Assembly: GCA_963666735.1 (NCBI GenBank)
Contig: OY762926.1
Span: 1,568,001-1,632,000, forward strand
Source of the DNA: Gemmatimonadota bacterium
GTDB lineage: Bacteria; Gemmatimonadota; Gemmatimonadetes; Palauibacterales; Palauibacteraceae
DNA: 64,000 nt
Direction: 5' to 3'
Below, piece after piece: positions 60,507-64,000 of the stretch; the stretch's first letter is position 1; each line of letters opens with the position of its first letter. Below the pieces are notes generated by a model. The model made no database searches and had not been told where the DNA came from. It saw only the letters and a program-made list of their open reading frames with translations. The translations under genes were made by a program, and so were the position numbers.

Positions 60507-62960
60507 CTAGCGGCGGTCTCCCGAAACCTCCTCCGAAACTTCCTCTTCTACCGCGGTCGCGGGCATGGCCCGCTTCATCCTGAAGGCATCGCCGTTCACG
60601 ACGCCCATGATCAGCGACGAAAGCCTGTAGTCGTCCTCCTCCGCATCCTCCACGATCGACCGGATCCAGGGCTGGTCGTAGTATTCGACGCGGCGGCCGA
60701 GCGCGTAGGCGGCCAGGTTCTCCGTAAAGTTCCGGAGCAACGGCAGCGGGCGCTCGAGGAGCGCGTCGACCAGTTCGGGCGGCGTCTGGACCGGCGTCCC
60801 GTCGTAGAAATCGCCGCGCGTGTCGAGCGGCATCCCGTTCTCGCGCAGGCGCCACTTCCCGGTCACGTCGAAGTTGTCCAGCGCGAGGCCGATCGGGTCC
60901 ATGAACCGGTGGCAGGATCGGCACGCCGGACTCGCCCGGTGCATCTCCATCCGCTCGCGCGTCGTGAGCAGCCGGCCGTCCAGCGACTCTTCCGTTTCGT
61001 CCAGATCCGGCACCCCCGGAGGGGGCGGCGGGGGCGGCGTGCCGAGCAGGACCTCCATCACCCACTTGCCCCGCAGCACCGGCGATGTGCGGTTGGCGAG
61101 CGACGTCAGAACGAGGACGCTGCCGTGGCCCAGAATCCCGACGCGCTCGTCGCCGGGATAGCTCACGCGCTGGAAGTCCCGCCCCGCCACGCTCTCGAAC
61201 CCGTAGTGATGGGCGAGGCGCTCGTTCACGAACGTGTAGTCGGCCCGGAAGAAGTCGAGCAGGCTCCGGTCCTCGCGGATGAGGCTCTGGAAGAGGAGTT
61301 CCGTCTCCCGCTTCATCGCGTCCGCGAGGTTCTCGTCGAAGTTCGGGAAGAAGTTGGGGTCGGGGCGGACCTTGTAGAGATCCTGCAGCCGCAGCCACTG
61401 CGACACGAAGCGCGAACTCAGCGCCTCGGAGCGGGGGTCGGCGAGCATGCGGCGCGCCTGCCGCTCCAGTTCGTCCGAATTCGAAAGCCGTCCCTCGACC
61501 GCGGCCGCCCGCAGTTCCTCGTCGGGCGGAAGGCCCCAGAGGAAGAACGAGAGCCGCGAGGCGAGGTCGATGTCTTCCAGGGCGTAGGCCTCTCCGCTCA
61601 TGACGCCGTCGGGCTCGCGCTCGAGCCGGAGGACGAAGAACGGGCTTGCGAGGACCGCCTCGAGGGCCATGCGCACACCGAGCTCGAAGCCGCCCTGCTC
61701 GACGCCCATGTCGTAGAAGGTCATCAGGCCGTCGACCTCGCTCGGTTCGAGCGGGCGGCGGTAGGCGCTGCGGGCAAGGTCGGTGAGGATGCCGCGGGCG
61801 CAGGGCCGCTCCTCTTCGAGCGACGTCGGACGGCAGGTGAAGATGCGCTGGCGGATCGGCGACTCGGACACGCCGGTCGGGTTGTGCGGCCCCCCGATGA
61901 TGACGTCCTGCAGGTGCGGCAGCGTCGTGATCCCGCCCCCGCCCGAACCGCCGCCGGCGTTGGACCACACGTGCGGCCGGATGAGATCCTCGTACGGCCC
62001 CTCCTGCCGCCGGACGAAGGCCGCGGAAACGCGGTGCTGTCCGGCGCGGACGAAGATCGGCTCCGTCCCGACCGGCGTGAAGCCGCGGTCATCCGCGCCG
62101 CCGCCGCGCCGCGTGTAGTGGAGGAGCGCGACCCGCTCGCCGTCGATCGAGACGTCGACATCCTCCATGCGGGAGTTCGCGCCGGAGGTGAACACGAGCG
62201 AGAAGGTGTACTCGCCATCGGCCGGGAACGTGTGCTCCACGACCATCCCGCCGCGCGTCCCGAACGGGGCTCCCTCCACGTGGTCCCACGGGTGCTGCGA
62301 CACGTACTGCGAGTTCTTGTACGTCGTGTTGACCGCCGGGGCGTTGCGGTCGCCCACCGCCATGCGGCTGATCTCGGCCGCCGCGTTCAGGTAGGCGTCG
62401 AGGAGCGTCGGCGAGAGCGCCTGCACGTCGGCGATATTGTCGAAGTTGGCGCTCATCTGGTCGTTGGGGAGCCACTTCCCCGCGTCGACCTCGAGCCCCA
62501 GCAGGTCGCGAACCGCCCGCTCGTACTCGGGCCGGTTGAGCCGCTGGAAGGTGCGGCCGCCGGGGTTCGGGTTCCGGGCCGCGGCGTCATCGACGATGGT
62601 CTCGAGCGTCTCGACGAGTTCGAGGAGTTCCTCCTCCGGCGGACGGCGCACGCCGGGCGGCGGCATCATGCCGGCGCGCAGCTTGCGGATCATCTTCTCG
62701 GCCGTCTCCGCCTGCGCGGCCGCGGCGTCCACATCGAACGATTCGAGGGTGAGGTTCCCCGCCAGGCGCCGGCTGTTGTGGCAGTTCGCGCAGACGCCCT
62801 GGACGATGTCGTTCGGCCCCGCGGGGACGCGCGCATGCAGAAAGTCGGCGACCGCGCCGACGCCGGGCTGGGCGGCAGCCCCGGCAACGTCCTGTGCGGG
62901 AAGGCTCGCGGGGACCGCGAGAGCCAGCGTCAGGGCCGCACCAACCGTGCGGATCGCCAT
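60507..62960 (-). CDS. DUF1592/DUF1588/DUF1587/DUF1585/DUF1595 cytochrome c-like protein
   Basis: CANCH and CRSCH heme motifs; RLNRPEYE.AVRDLLG, LASRLSFFLW..PPD.EL, RTSPVLRGKWV, DPIGLALDNFD. Confidence 0.9.
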   Translation of the reverse strand: MAIRTVGAALTLALAVPASLPAQDVAGAAAQPGVGAVADFLHARVPAGPNDIVQGVCANCHNSRRLAGNLTLESFDVDAAAAQAETAEKMIRKLRAGMMPPPGVRRPPEEELLELVETLETIVDDAAARNPNPGGRTFQRLNRPEYERAVRDLLGLEVDAGKWLPNDQMSANFDNIADVQALSPTLLDAYLNAAAEISRMAVGDRNAPAVNTTYKNSQYVSQHPWDHVEGAPFGTRGGMVVEHTFPADGEYTFSLVFTSGANSRMEDVDVSIDGERVALLHYTRRGGGADDRGFTPVGTEPIFVRAGQHRVSAAFVRRQEGPYEDLIRPHVWSNAGGGSGGGGITTLPHLQDVIIGGPHNPTGVSESPIRQRIFTCRPTSLEEERPCARGILTDLARSAYRRPLEPSEVDGLMTFYDMGVEQGGFELGVRMALEAVLASPFFVLRLEREPDGVMSGEAYALEDIDLASRLSFFLWGLPPDEELRAAAVEGRLSNSDELERQARRMLADPRSEALSSRFVSQWLRLQDLYKVRPDPNFFPNFDENLADAMKRETELLFQSLIREDRSLLDFFRADYTFVNERLAHHYGFESVAGRDFQRVSYPGDERVGILGHGSVLVLTSLANRTSPVLRGKWVMEVLLGTPPPPPPPGVPDLDETEESLDGRLLTTRERMEMHRASPACRSCHRFMDPIGLALDNFDVTGKWRLRENGMPLDTRGDFYDGTPVQTPPELVDALLERPLPLLRNFTENLAAYALGRRVEYYDQPWIRSIVEDAEEDDYRLSSLIMGVVNGDAFRMKRAMPATAVEEEVSEEVSGDRR

Positions 62961-63124
62961 CGCTTTGTACGCTTCGTGTCCGGGCATCGGGACCGCTTTT
63001 TCGGGCAGTTCGCTCTGGGCGAAACATCGGCGGAACTGTGGGCGAAACTGTCGGCGTAATAAAAATGCATCCGCATAACACGCTAAGCCCGAAACCCGCT
63101 GTGTGGCAAGCGGCGCGAGCCCGT

Positions 63125-64000
63125 TCAGCGGTCGCGCCAGCGCACCGATTCGGGGGTGATCTCGTCCACGGTTCGGGCGCCCAGAAGCGCCATCGTGCGC
63201 CGGAACCCCTCGTCGAACCACTTGAGGACGAGGTCCACGCCCCGCTCGCCGCCCGCGCCCAGCGCGTAGAAGTAGGCGCGGCCCGCCAGACAGGCCTTCG
63301 CCCCGAGCGCGACGGCCTTCGCGATGTCGCTTCCGCGGCGGACCCCGCCGTCGATGAGAACATCGAGCCGGTCCCCGACCGCCTCGGCGACAGGTTGCAG
63401 CAACTCGAGCGTCGGCGGCGCGTCGTCCAGTTGCCGCCCGCCGTGGTTCGAGATCACGATCCCCTCGACGCCCGCCTCCGCCGCGAGGACGGCGTCCTCC
63501 ACCGTCTGGATGCCCTTAATGACGATGGGGCCGTCCCAGATCGAGCGCAGCCAGTCCACATCATCCCAGGCCAGCTTCGGATCGAACTGCTCGTTCACGT
63601 ACCGCGCGAGGCCCATGGCGTCGACGCCCCCCGACCCGCCCGCCGCGTCCCGGCGGACGGCGCTCGAGAAGATGATCGGCTCGGAGGTGAGGAAGTCCCA
63701 TGTCCAGCCCGGTTTCCGGATCCCGTCGACGAGCGTGTCGAGCCCCAACCGGGGGGGGAGCGTGAAGCCGTAGCGGACGTCGCGCTCGCGCCGCCCGAGC
63801 ACCGCGACGTCGACGGTGAGGAGGAGCGCCTCGTAGCCGGACTCCCGGGCCCGCTCGACGAGTTCCGCGACCAGGCCGCGGTCCTTCCACACGTAGACCT
63901 GGAACCACCTGGGGCCGGAACTGACGGCGGCCACCTCCTCGATCGAGCGCGTGCCGAGCGTCGAGAGGCTGTAGGTGATCCCCGCGCGCGCCGCGGCCCG
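63125..64000 (-). CDS. FMN-dependent alpha-hydroxy acid oxidase/dehydrogenase (5' end outside the window)
   Basis: LSTLGT, WFQVY, LTVD, G.RERD, IKGI, SNHGGRQLD, DGGVRRGSDIAKAVALGA. Confidence 0.93.
   Translation of the reverse strand, partial: RAAARAGITYSLSTLGTRSIEEVAAVSSGPRWFQVYVWKDRGLVAELVERARESGYEALLLTVDVAVLGRRERDVRYGFTLPPRLGLDTLVDGIRKPGWTWDFLTSEPIIFSSAVRRDAAGGSGGVDAMGLARYVNEQFDPKLAWDDVDWLRSIWDGPIVIKGIQTVEDAVLAAEAGVEGIVISNHGGRQLDDAPPTLELLQPVAEAVGDRLDVLIDGGVRRGSDIAKAVALGAKACLAGRAYFYALGAGGERGVDLVLKWFDEGFRRTMALLGARTVDEITPESVRWRDR

Noticed and set aside
53638..63059. Long plus-strand ORFs (974, 594, 528, 716 aa) and the long N-terminal extensions of ORFs 56999-59896 and 59023-61968
   Set aside because: Antisense or off-frame shadows of well-supported minus-strand genes; true starts placed at 59020 and 60459.

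Overview
High-GC bacterial chromosomal window. The gene repertoire (PadR/permease pair, DUF1592-DUF1552-ankyrin cluster, six-bladed beta-propeller, Ig-repeat lipoprotein) suggests Gemmatimonadota; this is inference only. Metabolic and housekeeping genes include form II coxL/coxS-like, typA, a TRAP-TAXI transporter, an SSS symporter, two acyl-CoA ligases and an alpha-hydroxy acid oxidase. A ~15 kb lower-GC defence island (10.5-25.9 kb) holds a HEPN gene, a type III R-M system whose mod gene is split by an IS3-family element, a SMEK-APAZ plus catalytically inactive short prokaryotic Argonaute operon (the most interesting locus), and a Menshen-like three-gene system with a frameshifted DUF262 gene. 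Elsewhere are a coupled ABC-ATPase/PD-(D/E)xK nuclease pair, a NorC/NorB-like heme-copper pair lacking two canonical His ligands, IS1380 and IS1202-family elements with readable target duplications, several toxin-antitoxin loci or remnants, and a recurrent parS-like palindrome (CGTTCCCGCGGGAACG). No CRISPR array, rRNA or tRNA was recognised. All family calls come from motif recognition by eye, not database searches.
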